DNA of 64,000 nt. It comes from an uncultured Acidobacteriota bacterium (GTDB lineage: Bacteria > Acidobacteriota > UBA6911). The translations under genes were made by a program, and so were the position numbers. The stretch is from the NCBI GenBank assembly GCA_963809485.1, contig CAWEJX010000015.1:1-64000 (forward strand). The letters are read 5' to 3'. Positions 50,305 to 60,436 of this stretch are shown in pieces. Numbering within the stretch: the stretch's first letter is position 1; each line of letters starts with the position of its first letter. The notes beneath the pieces were generated by a model, which was not told where the DNA came from, did no database searches, and saw only the letters and a list, made by a program, of their open reading frames with translations.

Positions 50305-50961
50305 TCAGGAGCCCGTTTGGGCTCCGATCGCGGCATTTAACTCAATTTCGAAGAAAACCATCCGGGAACCGTCATCGCGGCGGTAAACATTGGGGATGTA
50401 GACGACCGATTTCGACAGATAGCCGGCCAGGTCCTTGCCGCCGGCAATATGCAGATAAAGGAAACCGCCGCCCTTATCGTGAGGGGCGATGACGGGACTC
50501 ATCAGAAACTTCTGATCGAAATCATCCAGGGCATCCTCGTTCAATTCCGATTTGCTCACTCTCGGGATTTGCCGGGAGATCCAGGATTTGTCTTTTTTGA
50601 ATAGCCGGTACACGACTTCATTGGGCGTCATCGTGCGCGTGTGTTCGGCCTCGTGAATCAATTCCGCCGTCATCCCGTCCACCTCGATCGGGAAGTCGTT
50701 GTCATTGAAAATGACAATCGCCAACGGCATAATGCCGCGTGTCACCATGTCGTCCTTGTCGAAAACCTCTGCAGCCAGAGCATCGGTGAACAGAGGTTCG
50801 GCGGCGATGGTGACGCCTTCACTCGTGAGGCTTGAGGGGTAGGTATCCCGGGCGCGAATGTCCCATCGGCGGGCTTTGTAGCCGGCCCATGCCGCGCCGC
50901 AAGCCCATGCGAACAGGACGGCAAGCAGCAACGCAAGGAGAAGCTTTCTTTTTTTTGCCAT
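50305..50961 (-). CDS. Hypothetical exported protein
   Basis: MAKKRKLLLALLLAVLFAWACGA signal peptide. Confidence 0.7.
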   Translation of the reverse strand: MAKKRKLLLALLLAVLFAWACGAAWAGYKARRWDIRARDTYPSSLTSEGVTIAAEPLFTDALAAEVFDKDDMVTRGIMPLAIVIFNDNDFPIEVDGMTAELIHEAEHTRTMTPNEVVYRLFKKDKSWISRQIPRVSKSELNEDALDDFDQKFLMSPVIAPHDKGGGFLYLHIAGGKDLAGYLSKSVVYIPNVYRRDDGSRMVFFEIELNAAIGAQTGS

Positions 50962-51030
50962 ATCAGGCGCCAAAGATCGCGAACACTACTCTCTGATTGT
51001 AGAACAGATAGCCGCCGAAGGGTGTAAAAA

Positions 51031-51990
51031 TTGGCTTCTTATTTCCTGTATATCCTGGTTCGACTTGTCATTGGCATTTTTCGCATCATGCCGCGCGCTC
51101 CGGGCATCCTCATTATCAAAATGCTTGCCGCCGCGACCTACTACCTCGATTTCCGCCACCGCCATATCGCGCGCGTGAACCTGAAAATAGCTTTCCCCGA
51201 GTTCTCCGGCCGGCAGCGGGACCGTATTGCGCGCAAGAGCTTCCAGAATGCCGCCATGAACCTTCTGGAAATCAGCCGGCTGCCCTCCCTCATGCGCGAA
51301 AATATATCTTCCCTCGTCGAATACGACCCGGACCAGGGTTTGGACAACTACCGCGCCGCCTGTGCGAAGGGAAAGGGAATCCTTTATCTCACCGGTCATT
51401 TCAGCTCGTGGGAACTCCTGCCCACGGCGCACGCTCTTCACGGCTATCCGCTCAGCTTCATCACACGCCCTCTGGATAACGCACCGCTGGAACGCTACCT
51501 CCTGAAAATCCGCCAGTCGAAGGGGAACCAGGTGATCAACAAAAAAAACTCGGCCCGCCGGATTTTGGAGAGCCTGAACTCCGGGGGGACTGCCGGCATT
51601 TTGATGGATCAGAACACCAGCCTGAAGGAAGGGATTTTCGCCGATTTTTTCGGCATACCCGCGGCCACCACGTCCAGCGTTGCGCTGTTCGCGCTGCGCA
51701 CCGACGCGCCCGTCCTCACAGGTTATCTGACCCCGATGCGCCATGGGCGCTATACCTTCAAGTTTCTCCCTCCGATGGACGTCCTGCGCACGGGCGACAG
51801 GAACAACGATGTCCGCGCAAATACCCAACTCTTCAACGACGTCCTGGAAAAGATTGTGCGTGAGCAGCCGGAATCCTGGCTCTGGGGACACCGGCGCTGG
51901 AAGTATCAGCCTCCGGAAAATCCGCCCGACCTCTATCGCCTTTCCTCCAAAGAACTGGACGAATTCCTGGCCCGGAGACGCAAACAGTAA
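51031..51990 (+). CDS. Lipid A lauroyl/lysophospholipid acyltransferase (LpxL/HtrB family)
   Basis: NLKIAFPE, TGHFSSWE (HX4E), LMDQ, FFG.PA, PESWLWGHRRWK. Confidence 0.9.
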   Translation: MASYFLYILVRLVIGIFRIMPRAPGILIIKMLAAATYYLDFRHRHIARVNLKIAFPEFSGRQRDRIARKSFQNAAMNLLEISRLPSLMRENISSLVEYDPDQGLDNYRAACAKGKGILYLTGHFSSWELLPTAHALHGYPLSFITRPLDNAPLERYLLKIRQSKGNQVINKKNSARRILESLNSGGTAGILMDQNTSLKEGIFADFFGIPAATTSSVALFALRTDAPVLTGYLTPMRHGRYTFKFLPPMDVLRTGDRNNDVRANTQLFNDVLEKIVREQPESWLWGHRRWKYQPPENPPDLYRLSSKELDEFLARRRKQ

Positions 51991-52150
51991 GTATCCTCCG
52001 GCAGAGCCCAAGGCTTGAAAGATTTGAACCGCTCAAAGCGGTTGGAGGAGTTGCGCCGGTCTTGAACGCTGACTTACGCGGGCAAAAGCCGATCCCGACA
52101 TCAGCAGTCAGCGTTCATCAGCGTCTTTTCAGCGTATGTCGGCGTTACCC
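51987..52150 (+). mobile_element. IS200/IS605-like MITE copy (partial)
   Basis: CCTCCGGCAGAGCCCAAGGCTTGAAAGATTTGAACCGCTCAAAGCGGTT...CAGCGT repeats. Confidence 0.7.
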
Positions 52151-52214
52151 GATTTAAATCCCGGGCTAGGTCGGAAAATGACCGGCGGCCCAAAACATGT
52201 GGAATCCCGCGTTG

Positions 52215-53684
52215 TCAATCCGAGGCAAGCAGCTTCGTAAAGCCTTCTTTATAGCGCACGCTGTCGAGCACCGAGTGGACTTTCTTCAGCTCCTCTTTGA
52301 GCGCCGCACGATACTTCTCGGGCTCCATTTCGATCGCCCGGGTGAACGCCGCAATGGAGGGATCGGGCTCCCCGGTCTTGGCATAAAGGACTCCGAGGTG
52401 AAAGTAGTTTAAAGCCCGGCCTTTCCCAAGCTCGATCAGCTTTTCGTGGGCCCGTATGGCTTCCTTGTCCTGCTCGAGTTTTTCCGCAACCAGAGCGAGG
52501 TTCGCCCAGGCGGCCGAATAGCCTGGATCCAGCTCGACCGCTAGCTTCAACTCCGCCAGCGCCTCCTCCAGCCGGTTCAGCTTTGCATAAAGGGTTCCCA
52601 GATTGAACCGGACATCGACTTGCCCGGACTTGATCTCGAGGGACTTTTTATAGGCCGCGATGGCTTCGTCATTCCTGTTCAAATCACTGTAAAGATCGCC
52701 CAGCAAAAAAAAGATGTCCGGGTTTTTCGAATTCAGGCGTCCGGCGTTTTCGAGCGCCGTGACCGCCTCGGCGTTTCGCTTCAAGCTGGCCAGGCTGAAT
52801 CCCATTTTGGCGTAAATCGCGCCGCGGTCGGGCGCTTTTTCCAGCGCAGATTTATAGGCGGCGGCCGCCTTCGCATGCTGGCGTTCGAATGCGTACACGT
52901 CCCCCAGGCGCTCCAGTACTTCGGGGTTGCCGGGCTGAATCAGTTCGGCGGCCTCCAGCTCCTTTGCCGCCCCGGCGTTGTTTTTCTGCCGGATATAAAT
53001 CAGGGCGAGGTTGAAGTGCGCCGCATAATTTACCGGATCCGCACGCAGTACTTCCTCGTAGGCGACTGCCGCCCTTTCCAGTTCTTCGCCTTTCTGCAAA
53101 AGCAGCGCCAGGTCCATGCGCGCGGAGGAATCACCCGGCTCAATCTCGAGAAACTGCTCGAGCGTGCGCATGGCCGCACGATCGTCCTTGACGTGCATCT
53201 GCAGGTAAGCCAACGCCCTCAGCATTTTGGGATCCTGGGGCTTGAGCTGCAGACCGGATTCGAGGGCCGCAATCGCCGATGGTATGTCCCCGACCTGCTG
53301 GCAGGCCGAAGCCAGCAGGAAATGAATTCCCTCGATCTTCGGATTCAGCTTCAGGACTGTTTCGAATTCGACAACCGCCTCTTTCCATTTCTTCTGGTTC
53401 GCGTAGATCAGTCCCAGGTCGTAGTGAGCTTCAAGAAAATCCGGCTTGATTGCAATCGCTTTGAGGAAAAGCTCCGCCTGCTCGTTGCTGTTCTCCTGCG
53501 CCGTCCCGATCATCGCCTCCGCTTTCTTGAAATAGACCATGGCTTCCCGGTAGACCTTGGCATCCGCCAACGTGCTTACCTTTTTGTCCTGCTTGGGCTT
53601 GCCTGCCTGCGCCATTGCAGACCCGAATGCCGTCACAACAATCAGGAAAGCCGGCAGGAAGCACTGTTTTTTTATCCTAATCAT
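52215..53684 (-). CDS. Exported tetratricopeptide repeat protein
   Basis: About 12 TPR motifs; start placed at ATG 53684 (MIRIKKQCF.., signal peptide); the longer ORF is read through a MITE. Confidence 0.88.
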   Translation of the reverse strand: MIRIKKQCFLPAFLIVVTAFGSAMAQAGKPKQDKKVSTLADAKVYREAMVYFKKAEAMIGTAQENSNEQAELFLKAIAIKPDFLEAHYDLGLIYANQKKWKEAVVEFETVLKLNPKIEGIHFLLASACQQVGDIPSAIAALESGLQLKPQDPKMLRALAYLQMHVKDDRAAMRTLEQFLEIEPGDSSARMDLALLLQKGEELERAAVAYEEVLRADPVNYAAHFNLALIYIRQKNNAGAAKELEAAELIQPGNPEVLERLGDVYAFERQHAKAAAAYKSALEKAPDRGAIYAKMGFSLASLKRNAEAVTALENAGRLNSKNPDIFFLLGDLYSDLNRNDEAIAAYKKSLEIKSGQVDVRFNLGTLYAKLNRLEEALAELKLAVELDPGYSAAWANLALVAEKLEQDKEAIRAHEKLIELGKGRALNYFHLGVLYAKTGEPDPSIAAFTRAIEMEPEKYRAALKEELKKVHSVLDSVRYKEGFTKLLASD

Positions 53685-53787
53685 AAATTGGATTGTACTC
53701 CAATTGCTGCAGGCTCCAGGTTGCGGGTTTTGAATTTCGAAGTCCGGCCTTATCTTCTGCAGTCCGACATTCGAAATTCGATATTCG

Positions 53788-53928
53788 TAATTACATTGGT
53801 AAACCCCAGGCTCTGCCAGGGGACTCAAAGGGTTTGACAGCTCCGTATTTTGAAACGCTGAGAAACGCTGATAAAAGCGCTGACAAACGCCGATTTGTTC
53901 GGCGAGGGTCGGCGAGCAAAAGCCGATG
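53788..53928 (-). mobile_element. IS200/IS605-like MITE half copy
   Basis: TAATTACATTGGTAAACCCCAGGCTCTGCCAGGGGACTC...GCAAAAGCCGATG on the + strand; truncated within the interior palindrome. Confidence 0.75.
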
Positions 53929-53966
53929 GATCTCCCCGTGGATAAGGGCCAGTAGTCCCGCACCGG

Positions 53967-54917
53967 CTAAATCAGGTATTTGAGATCCGCAGCTCCGGTG
54001 CCGGCTTCCGGAGCATCTTCAAAGCTGACCAGTTTGCGGAACTCGTGGTAGCGGGCATCTATTTCGGTGAAAGTAAGATCGCCGATCTTTTCCGGCCCGA
54101 ACCCGGTCACATTGAATGAAGCCATGGCAGAGCCATAGACAACGGCTTTGCGCAACGCCGAATCTCCGGAAGTTCCCGTGCCGGCGAGGTATCCCAGGAG
54201 TCCCCCCGCAAAAGTGTCTCCCGCACCCGTGGGATCCACAACATCCTCCACGGGATAAGCCGGAATGCAAAAAACCGATCGCGGACCGAACACCATGGCG
54301 CCGTATTCGCCGCGTTTGACTACGAGCATTTTCGGGCCAAGGGTGAGAATCCACCTGGCTGCCTGTATCAGATTCATCTGCCCCGCAAGCTGCCGGGCTT
54401 CCTCATCGTTAATAACCAGCAGATCGACCCGGGCGAGAGTCTTGAGAAGAGAGCCCCGTTTGTTGGAAATCCAGTAATTCATGGTATCGCAAGCCACCAG
54501 CCTGGGCTGCCGGACCTGTTCCAGCACCGATCGCTGAAGGTCGGGATCGATGTTTGCGAGGAAAATGTACTCACTGGAAAAATGTGCAGCGGTCAGTTTT
54601 GGGGAAAAATCCGCAAAAACATTGAGCTGAGTGTCCAGGGTTGTGCGCGAGCTTAAATCCGGGGCATATTCCCCCTTCCACCGGAAGGTTTTCCCCTTGC
54701 GGCGCTCCAGGCCCGAGAGATCGATCCCTTTTTTTTGCAGGGATGCAACGTGCTTTTCGGGGAAATCCTCACCCACCACGGCGATCATACTGACGTCCGT
54801 GAAGTAGCTGGCAGCTATGCTGAAATAAGTGGCGGCTCCTCCAAGGACATCCTCCCTGGTTCCGAAAGGAGTTTTGACGGAGTCCAGCGCTACGGATCCC
54901 ACCACAAGTATTCCCAT
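53967..54917 (-). CDS. PfkB family carbohydrate/nucleoside kinase
   Basis: VVGSVALD, GGAATY, INDEEA, DPTGAGDTFAGG. Confidence 0.92.
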   Translation of the reverse strand: MGILVVGSVALDSVKTPFGTREDVLGGAATYFSIAASYFTDVSMIAVVGEDFPEKHVASLQKKGIDLSGLERRKGKTFRWKGEYAPDLSSRTTLDTQLNVFADFSPKLTAAHFSSEYIFLANIDPDLQRSVLEQVRQPRLVACDTMNYWISNKRGSLLKTLARVDLLVINDEEARQLAGQMNLIQAARWILTLGPKMLVVKRGEYGAMVFGPRSVFCIPAYPVEDVVDPTGAGDTFAGGLLGYLAGTGTSGDSALRKAVVYGSAMASFNVTGFGPEKIGDLTFTEIDARYHEFRKLVSFEDAPEAGTGAADLKYLI

Positions 54918-54931
54918 ACAAGTCTCCCGAA

Positions 54932-55172
54932 GTCAGGCACCTCCGGCAAAGCCGGAGGCTTGAAAGATTGGAACCGCTAAAAGCGGTTGGAGTAGTTACG
55001 CCGGTCTTGAACGCTGACGCACGCCGAACGGACGCCGACCCACGCCGACAAAAATCTAAATATTTTTTCAGCGTACGTCAGCGTCATGTCAGCGTTTCTC
55101 AGCGTTTCAAAATACGGAGCTGTCAAACTCTTTGAGTCCCCCGGCAGAGCCATGGGTTTACTAATGTAATTA
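54932..55172 (+). mobile_element. IS200/IS605-like MITE copy (subtype B, both ends)
   Basis: GTCAGGCACCTCCGGCAAAGCCGGAGG ... GAGTCCCCCGGCAGAGCCATGGGTTTACTAATGTAATTA. Confidence 0.78.
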
Positions 55173-56033
55173 CGCCAGATATTTTCCCACGATGCAATCC
55201 AGCCGGTTTCTGGTCTCCGCCGGGATGGCGAGTTTATCCGTAATGATGGCGTACTTCAGGGCTTCGCAACAACCGCAATTCCTCGTTTGATCGAGGTCGC
55301 GCACCGTCTGCATGATGATGGACTGCGCAGACTGGCAGCTTTTCTGCAGGTTGGCGACGACCATATCCGCGCTGACAGTCTCGTGCGTTTCATGCCAGCA
55401 GTCGTAGTCGGTCACCAGGGCGAGGGTGACATAGCAGATCTCCGCTTCCCTGGCCAGCTTTGCCTCCTGCAGGTTGGTCATTCCGATCACGTCCATGCCC
55501 CAGCTGCGGTAGAGAGTGGATTCGGCCCTGGTAGAAAAAGCGGGACCCTCCATGCAGACGTAGGTGCCTCCCTTTTTGGCCGCGATTCCGGCCTTGTGGG
55601 ACGCGCGGTGCACCTGTTCGAGCAGATCGGGACAGACGGGATCTCCAAAGGCTATGTGCGCCACCAGTCCGTTGCCGAAAAATGTTGAGATACGGCCCCG
55701 CGTCCTGTCCAGGAACTGGTCCGGCAAAACGATGTCCATGGGCGCAAGTTCCTCTTTCAGGGATCCAACGGCGCTCACCGACAGGATGCGCTCGACACCC
55801 AGCAGCTTCATCGCAAAAATATTGGCGCGAAAATTAAGCTCCGAAGGCGAACACCTGTGCCCCCGGCCGTGGCGCGGCAGGAAAGCCACTCTTTTGCCCG
55901 AAATGGATCCCAGGATCAGGTCATCCGAGGGTGATCCAAAAGGAGTATCGATGTGTATTTCGGTCCTGCCGGTCAAGCCCGGCATGTCGTACAACCCGCT
56001 GCCGCCGATTATTCCGATTTTGACCTTTTCCAT
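55170..56033 (-). CDS. mtaP: S-methyl-5'-thioadenosine phosphorylase
   Basis: IGIIGGSGLY, TPFGSPS, RHGRGH, EGPAFSTRAES, IGMT, VTDYDCW; ATG 56033. Confidence 0.93.
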   Translation of the reverse strand: MEKVKIGIIGGSGLYDMPGLTGRTEIHIDTPFGSPSDDLILGSISGKRVAFLPRHGRGHRCSPSELNFRANIFAMKLLGVERILSVSAVGSLKEELAPMDIVLPDQFLDRTRGRISTFFGNGLVAHIAFGDPVCPDLLEQVHRASHKAGIAAKKGGTYVCMEGPAFSTRAESTLYRSWGMDVIGMTNLQEAKLAREAEICYVTLALVTDYDCWHETHETVSADMVVANLQKSCQSAQSIIMQTVRDLDQTRNCGCCEALKYAIITDKLAIPAETRNRLDCIVGKYLA

Positions 56034-56244
56034 GTTTGGCCTCTTGATCCTTAAGTCTTGATCTGTGTCGAGCATCTGCTTTCAATCGTCTTTGAGCATC
56101 TTCCGCCTGGTCCGAAGCAACATGCCGGAAGCAAGGAGCAGGAAGGCGGAATATCCTGTGCCTCGGGATTCCTGCTTCCGGCTTCCGGCCTGAAAAAACA
56201 AAATCCACCCTCTGTCCAACATATTCCCTGTCCGCCAAGACACG

Positions 56245-57282
56245 CTAGGTGAGGGTTTTTCGCATGATATCCGCGGCCTGATAGATCTGCTCCCGGCTCA
56301 CATCCTTGTGGGTCACGAGACGTATGCTCATCGGATCCAGAACAGACACGAGAACGCCGCTCAGTTTCAGCCGGCCCGCCAGCCTTTCGCTGTCGAAGCC
56401 TTTGCGCGAAATCCCCGCCATCAGTATATTCGTGCGGACCCGTTCCGGCTCCATATCCAGGCCGGGTATGTCCTTGAGCAGATCGGCCAGAAGCCGGGCA
56501 TTCCGGTGATCCTCCTCGAGCCGGGCGGGCATTTTTTCAAGCGCAATCAAACCCGCTGCGGCGAGAATCCCCGCCTGGCGCATCCCTCCGCCCAGCATTT
56601 TGCGCACACTTCGCGCCCTGTCGATAAAGTCCTTCGATCCCACCAGCATCGAGCCCACAGGCGCGGCAAGGCCTTTCGAAAGGCAGAACATTACGGAATC
56701 GCAGCCCTGGACCAGGCTCGCCACATCCGCGCCGAGCGCTGCGGCAGCATTGAAAATGCGCGCGCCGTCCAGGTGGACCGGCAATCCGGCTTCATGGGAG
56801 CGGCTGCAAATGTCGTCGATTTGCGCTTTGGTGTAAACCGTTCCGCCCGCCGCGTTGTGCGTGTTTTCCAGCGCGATCAGACCGGTTTGGGCCCGGTAAT
56901 AAATCTTAGGGCGGATTGCCGGGCTGATCTTGGCCCAGTCCAGGATGCCGCCGGGCGCGGGCACGGGACGCGCGAGCACCCCGCTGATAGCCGCCATGGC
57001 CGCCATTTCAAATTCGTATATGTGCGCCCTGCCCTCCGTAATGACTTCCTGCCCCGGGTCCGTGTGCACACGGATGGCGATCTGGTTGCCCATGGTACCG
57101 GAAGGCACATAAAGCGCCGCCGGCTTCCGCAATATTTCGGCCGCCCGCGATTGAAGACGGTTGACCGTCGGATCTTCGAGGTAGACGTCGTCGCCGACCT
57201 CAGCCGCCGCCATAGCCGCGCGCATTTCCGGAGTGGGCCGCGTCACCGTATCGCTTCGCAAATCAATTACCGAATCGTTCAT
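56245..57282 (-). CDS. ltaE: Low-specificity L-threonine aldolase
   Basis: [43 protein letters not shown]. Confidence 0.92.
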   Translation of the reverse strand: MNDSVIDLRSDTVTRPTPEMRAAMAAAEVGDDVYLEDPTVNRLQSRAAEILRKPAALYVPSGTMGNQIAIRVHTDPGQEVITEGRAHIYEFEMAAMAAISGVLARPVPAPGGILDWAKISPAIRPKIYYRAQTGLIALENTHNAAGGTVYTKAQIDDICSRSHEAGLPVHLDGARIFNAAAALGADVASLVQGCDSVMFCLSKGLAAPVGSMLVGSKDFIDRARSVRKMLGGGMRQAGILAAAGLIALEKMPARLEEDHRNARLLADLLKDIPGLDMEPERVRTNILMAGISRKGFDSERLAGRLKLSGVLVSVLDPMSIRLVTHKDVSREQIYQAADIMRKTLT

Positions 57283-57291
57283 AAGAGCCTT

Positions 57292-58434
57292 TTAAACGAA
57301 CAACTGAAAAATTTCATTGGAAAGCAGCATCCCGGCCGGAGTGAGCCGGACCGTGGAACCGTTCCACTCAACCCATCCCCGGCCGGAAAGCTCCTGTAAC
57401 GAACCTTCATATTTTTTCATCAATTGACGTCCGGTCCTGTCCGTCAGCCGGTCCCAGTCCACGCCCCGATTCAAGCGCAAGCCGAGAAAAAGCGTCTCCT
57501 CAACCGCCTGCTCTTCGGTTACCGGCCGCCTCCAGCTCACAGGGGCCCGACCGGCCTCGATTGCCCCGAGATATTCATCCATTTGGGAAAAATTGGCAAG
57601 CCTCGTTTTGCCGTCAAAGGAATGGCTCGCAAGACCAAAACCCTGGACCGGCTCCCGCAACCAGTATTTCAGATTGTGGCGGCATTGATACCCGGGGCGC
57701 GCGAAATTGCTGATTTCATACTGTGCGTACCCCTGCGAAGCCAGGAAATCCAGGGTTTCCAGGTACAGATCCGAAACCAGGTCTTCTTCCGGGAGCCGGA
57801 CGGCGCCGCTCTGCACCATCGATTGCAGCGGGCACACATCATCCAGGTCGAGCATGTAGACCGAAACATGCGAAACCGAAAGCCCGTCCATGGCCAGGGT
57901 CCGGCGCCAGCTGGCCGCAGTTTGCAGCGGAAGCCCGAGCATCAGGTCCAGGTTGATGGCACGGAATCCGTTTTCCCTCAGACAATCCACCGAACCGGCG
58001 ATCATAGACGGCGTGTGGCGCCTGCCGATGGATGCCAGTTCCCCTGCGTCGAAGGACTGCGCTCCCAAGGAGGCCCGGCTCACTCCCGATCTCCGGTAGC
58101 TCTCCGCCTTGGCGGCAGAAAGCGTGCCGGGATTGGCTTCCAGCGATATTTCGCAATCATCCGCAACCGCAAACAGCCGCCCGCAGGACTCCAGAATTTC
58201 GCCGATAAAATCCGCAGGCAACAGGCTCGGAGTCCCGCCGCCGAAGTAGATGGAATCAACCTCTTCACGTTTTGTGCGGGAGGCACAGAATATCTCTATT
58301 TCACGCAAAACGGCCTTTATGTACCTGCATACATCGGCATCCTGCAAGGGCATGCTGACGAAGTGGCAATAACTGCACTTGGACTCGCAAAAAGGAATGT
58401 GGATATATATCCCGAGCGTCACGATAGCCTGCAA
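57292..58434 (-). CDS. hemW: Radical SAM heme chaperone HemW (HemN-like)
   Basis: YIHIPFCESKCSYCHF, YFGGGTPS, EANP, YEISNF, HNLKYW. Confidence 0.9.
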   Translation of the reverse strand: MQAIVTLGIYIHIPFCESKCSYCHFVSMPLQDADVCRYIKAVLREIEIFCASRTKREEVDSIYFGGGTPSLLPADFIGEILESCGRLFAVADDCEISLEANPGTLSAAKAESYRRSGVSRASLGAQSFDAGELASIGRRHTPSMIAGSVDCLRENGFRAINLDLMLGLPLQTAASWRRTLAMDGLSVSHVSVYMLDLDDVCPLQSMVQSGAVRLPEEDLVSDLYLETLDFLASQGYAQYEISNFARPGYQCRHNLKYWLREPVQGFGLASHSFDGKTRLANFSQMDEYLGAIEAGRAPVSWRRPVTEEQAVEETLFLGLRLNRGVDWDRLTDRTGRQLMKKYEGSLQELSGRGWVEWNGSTVRLTPAGMLLSNEIFQLFV

Positions 58435-58570
58435 TCCCCGGATCAGAGCAAATCTGATAACGTCAAGTATTTCGCGGGTTCACACTTCTTTATTTAATTT
58501 CGGTCTGCGGAATCCGTGATACAACCCACCAGCTTTTTGTTATTTTGGTAAATTTTTTGATCGGCGCGCC

Positions 58571-58597
58571 TGCGGACGGCTTGAAAAGCCGTCCGCA
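58571..58597. terminator. Perfect 12-bp hairpin, possible terminator or REP-like element
   Basis: TGCGGACGGCTT-GAA-AAGCCGTCCGCA, intergenic; no clear U-tract. Confidence 0.4.
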
Positions 58598-58675
58598 TAA
58601 CGGCGCGGCCGTCTTGCGAATATGCATTTATTTGGTTGCGGTCACCCGGCCGCGCCGCGAAATCCGCGGCGTATT

Positions 58676-59281
58676 TTATGCCGAGCCGGCGCCCAGCAGC
58701 GTTTCCAGGACAATAAATTCAACCCCCGCCTGGCGCATCGCCTCCAGCGCTTCTTTTTCCGTTTTGGGAGCGAGGGCGCGTATGGCATCCGTCACCAGGG
58801 CGGTCTGCACTCCCAGGCGGCGCAGCCCCAGGCATTCTTCCTTGACGCAATATTCCGTAGCGACGCCGAACACGATGGCGCGCGGAGGCAAGACCTTCAG
58901 CAGTCGTTCCGTCACCGGGTTGTCGAACACGCAGAGCGTCTGCTTTTCAACGATGATCTGCTGATACTTGCGCACCAGGTCGGCAAGGTTGCGGTCAATG
59001 GGCCTGTTCTGGAGAACCAGGGGCCGCGGCAGCAAAGTCTCGTCGATTTTGCGCTTACCTTCCGTGCCCTGCACGCAGTGCGGGGGAAACTGCCGGAACT
59101 CCGGATCTTCGGCAACATGCGCGTCAACCGACGAAAGCACGGAGATTTCGTTTTTGCGGGCAAAGTCAAACAGCCGCCGCAGTTTCGGTATAATCCGCTC
59201 GGCGCCGGGAACGTAAAGAGCGCCGGTCGACAGCATGAAATCCCGCTGCGTGTCCACATCCATGAAAAACAGGTTCTTCAT
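58676..59281 (-). CDS. Isochorismatase/nicotinamidase family cysteine hydrolase
   Basis: DVDTQRDF, DAH, FPPHCV, K, GVATEYCV; ATG 59281. Confidence 0.88.
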   Translation of the reverse strand: MKNLFFMDVDTQRDFMLSTGALYVPGAERIIPKLRRLFDFARKNEISVLSSVDAHVAEDPEFRQFPPHCVQGTEGKRKIDETLLPRPLVLQNRPIDRNLADLVRKYQQIIVEKQTLCVFDNPVTERLLKVLPPRAIVFGVATEYCVKEECLGLRRLGVQTALVTDAIRALAPKTEKEALEAMRQAGVEFIVLETLLGAGSA

Positions 59282-59300
59282 CGCATTCCCCTTGAATTCA

Positions 59301-60293
59301 TTATACAGGGGCGCCCGAATCACCGCCAGCACCCGCGCCCAGCAGCCTATCCGCATGACGGAGTATTTCCGGAAGCGGCCGTATTCCCGTCCTGGCGCCC
59401 AGGAATCCGCAGCTCAGGCCGGCGGCTGCGTTGGCAAACGCCATGATTTTTCCCAGCGGCCAGTTCCGCAGCAGCCCGTAAAGGAACCCACCGTGGAAAA
59501 TGTCGCCCGCTCCCGTTGTGTCCACAGCGTTCACCATCAAGCCGGGAAACACGACACAACGGCCGCCCACCCAGGCCATCGCGCCTTCGGCTCCCAGCGT
59601 AATGGCCAAAAATCCGTCAAAACTTCTCTTCAGGGCCAGGAAGGATTTTTCCGGGTCCGATATCCCGGTCAGCTTCGCGGGAAAATCCGCGCTGGCGATC
59701 AGGAAATCAACTTTTGTCAAAAGCTCCTCGCTGCCGGGCACCACTTTATCCAGGTCCGCACTGACGCCTATTCCCCGCTCCCGGCACCAGCTTGCCGCCT
59801 TCAGCGACAAAGGGTCGTATCCGTCCAGATGCAGAATCCGCCCGGCACATACGTCTTCTTCCCTGAGCTCGGAATCTCTGAAATCGAGCAGTTCGTCCCT
59901 CCGGCAAAAGATGGTGCGTCCGCCGGTGCTCTTGTCGATAATTATTATTGCATGGTTATTTATAGCTTTTTCTTCAACTATTACATTAGATATATCGATA
60001 TCTTCGGAGCGAAGGCTTTGAAGCATTAGCCGACCCGCCTCATCCCCGCCAAGCTTTCCAATGTATCGGGCCTTAAGCCCCATATGCGCCAGAAAAATGG
60101 CGGCCGTAGCGACCTGGCCGCCGGGCAGCCTGGCATATTGAAGGATTTCGGTTTTTGAATCGGGGGACGGATATTTGGGCACGACGCACAACTGGTCCGC
60201 CGAGTTCGAGCCAAAACCAACAATATCGTAGGGTTTGGGGGGAAATTCGAGATCGAATGTATCCGAAATATTTGCGAGGTTTTTGACCTTCAT
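59301..60293 (-). CDS. PfkB family carbohydrate kinase
   Basis: PGGQVA, IGKLGGD, TLGAEG, VDTTGAGDIFHGG. Confidence 0.9.
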   Translation of the reverse strand: MKVKNLANISDTFDLEFPPKPYDIVGFGSNSADQLCVVPKYPSPDSKTEILQYARLPGGQVATAAIFLAHMGLKARYIGKLGGDEAGRLMLQSLRSEDIDISNVIVEEKAINNHAIIIIDKSTGGRTIFCRRDELLDFRDSELREEDVCAGRILHLDGYDPLSLKAASWCRERGIGVSADLDKVVPGSEELLTKVDFLIASADFPAKLTGISDPEKSFLALKRSFDGFLAITLGAEGAMAWVGGRCVVFPGLMVNAVDTTGAGDIFHGGFLYGLLRNWPLGKIMAFANAAAGLSCGFLGARTGIRPLPEILRHADRLLGAGAGGDSGAPV

Positions 60294-60436
60294 GCGAGTT
60301 CCATTCTAACAGGGAGCAGGGCAAATTTCGACCTATGCGTGCTAGCCGTGGCAATCGACTCCGCAAAGACCCGCAATCACAGCCGTGCCTGTGATTGGTC
60401 GTCCCTGATCAACGCTTCCGTGTGAGTTCGTCAGCG

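Noticed and set aside
53685-53963. N-terminal extension of the TPR protein
   Set aside because: Translated from MITE and heptamer-repeat DNA; the signal peptide starts at 53684
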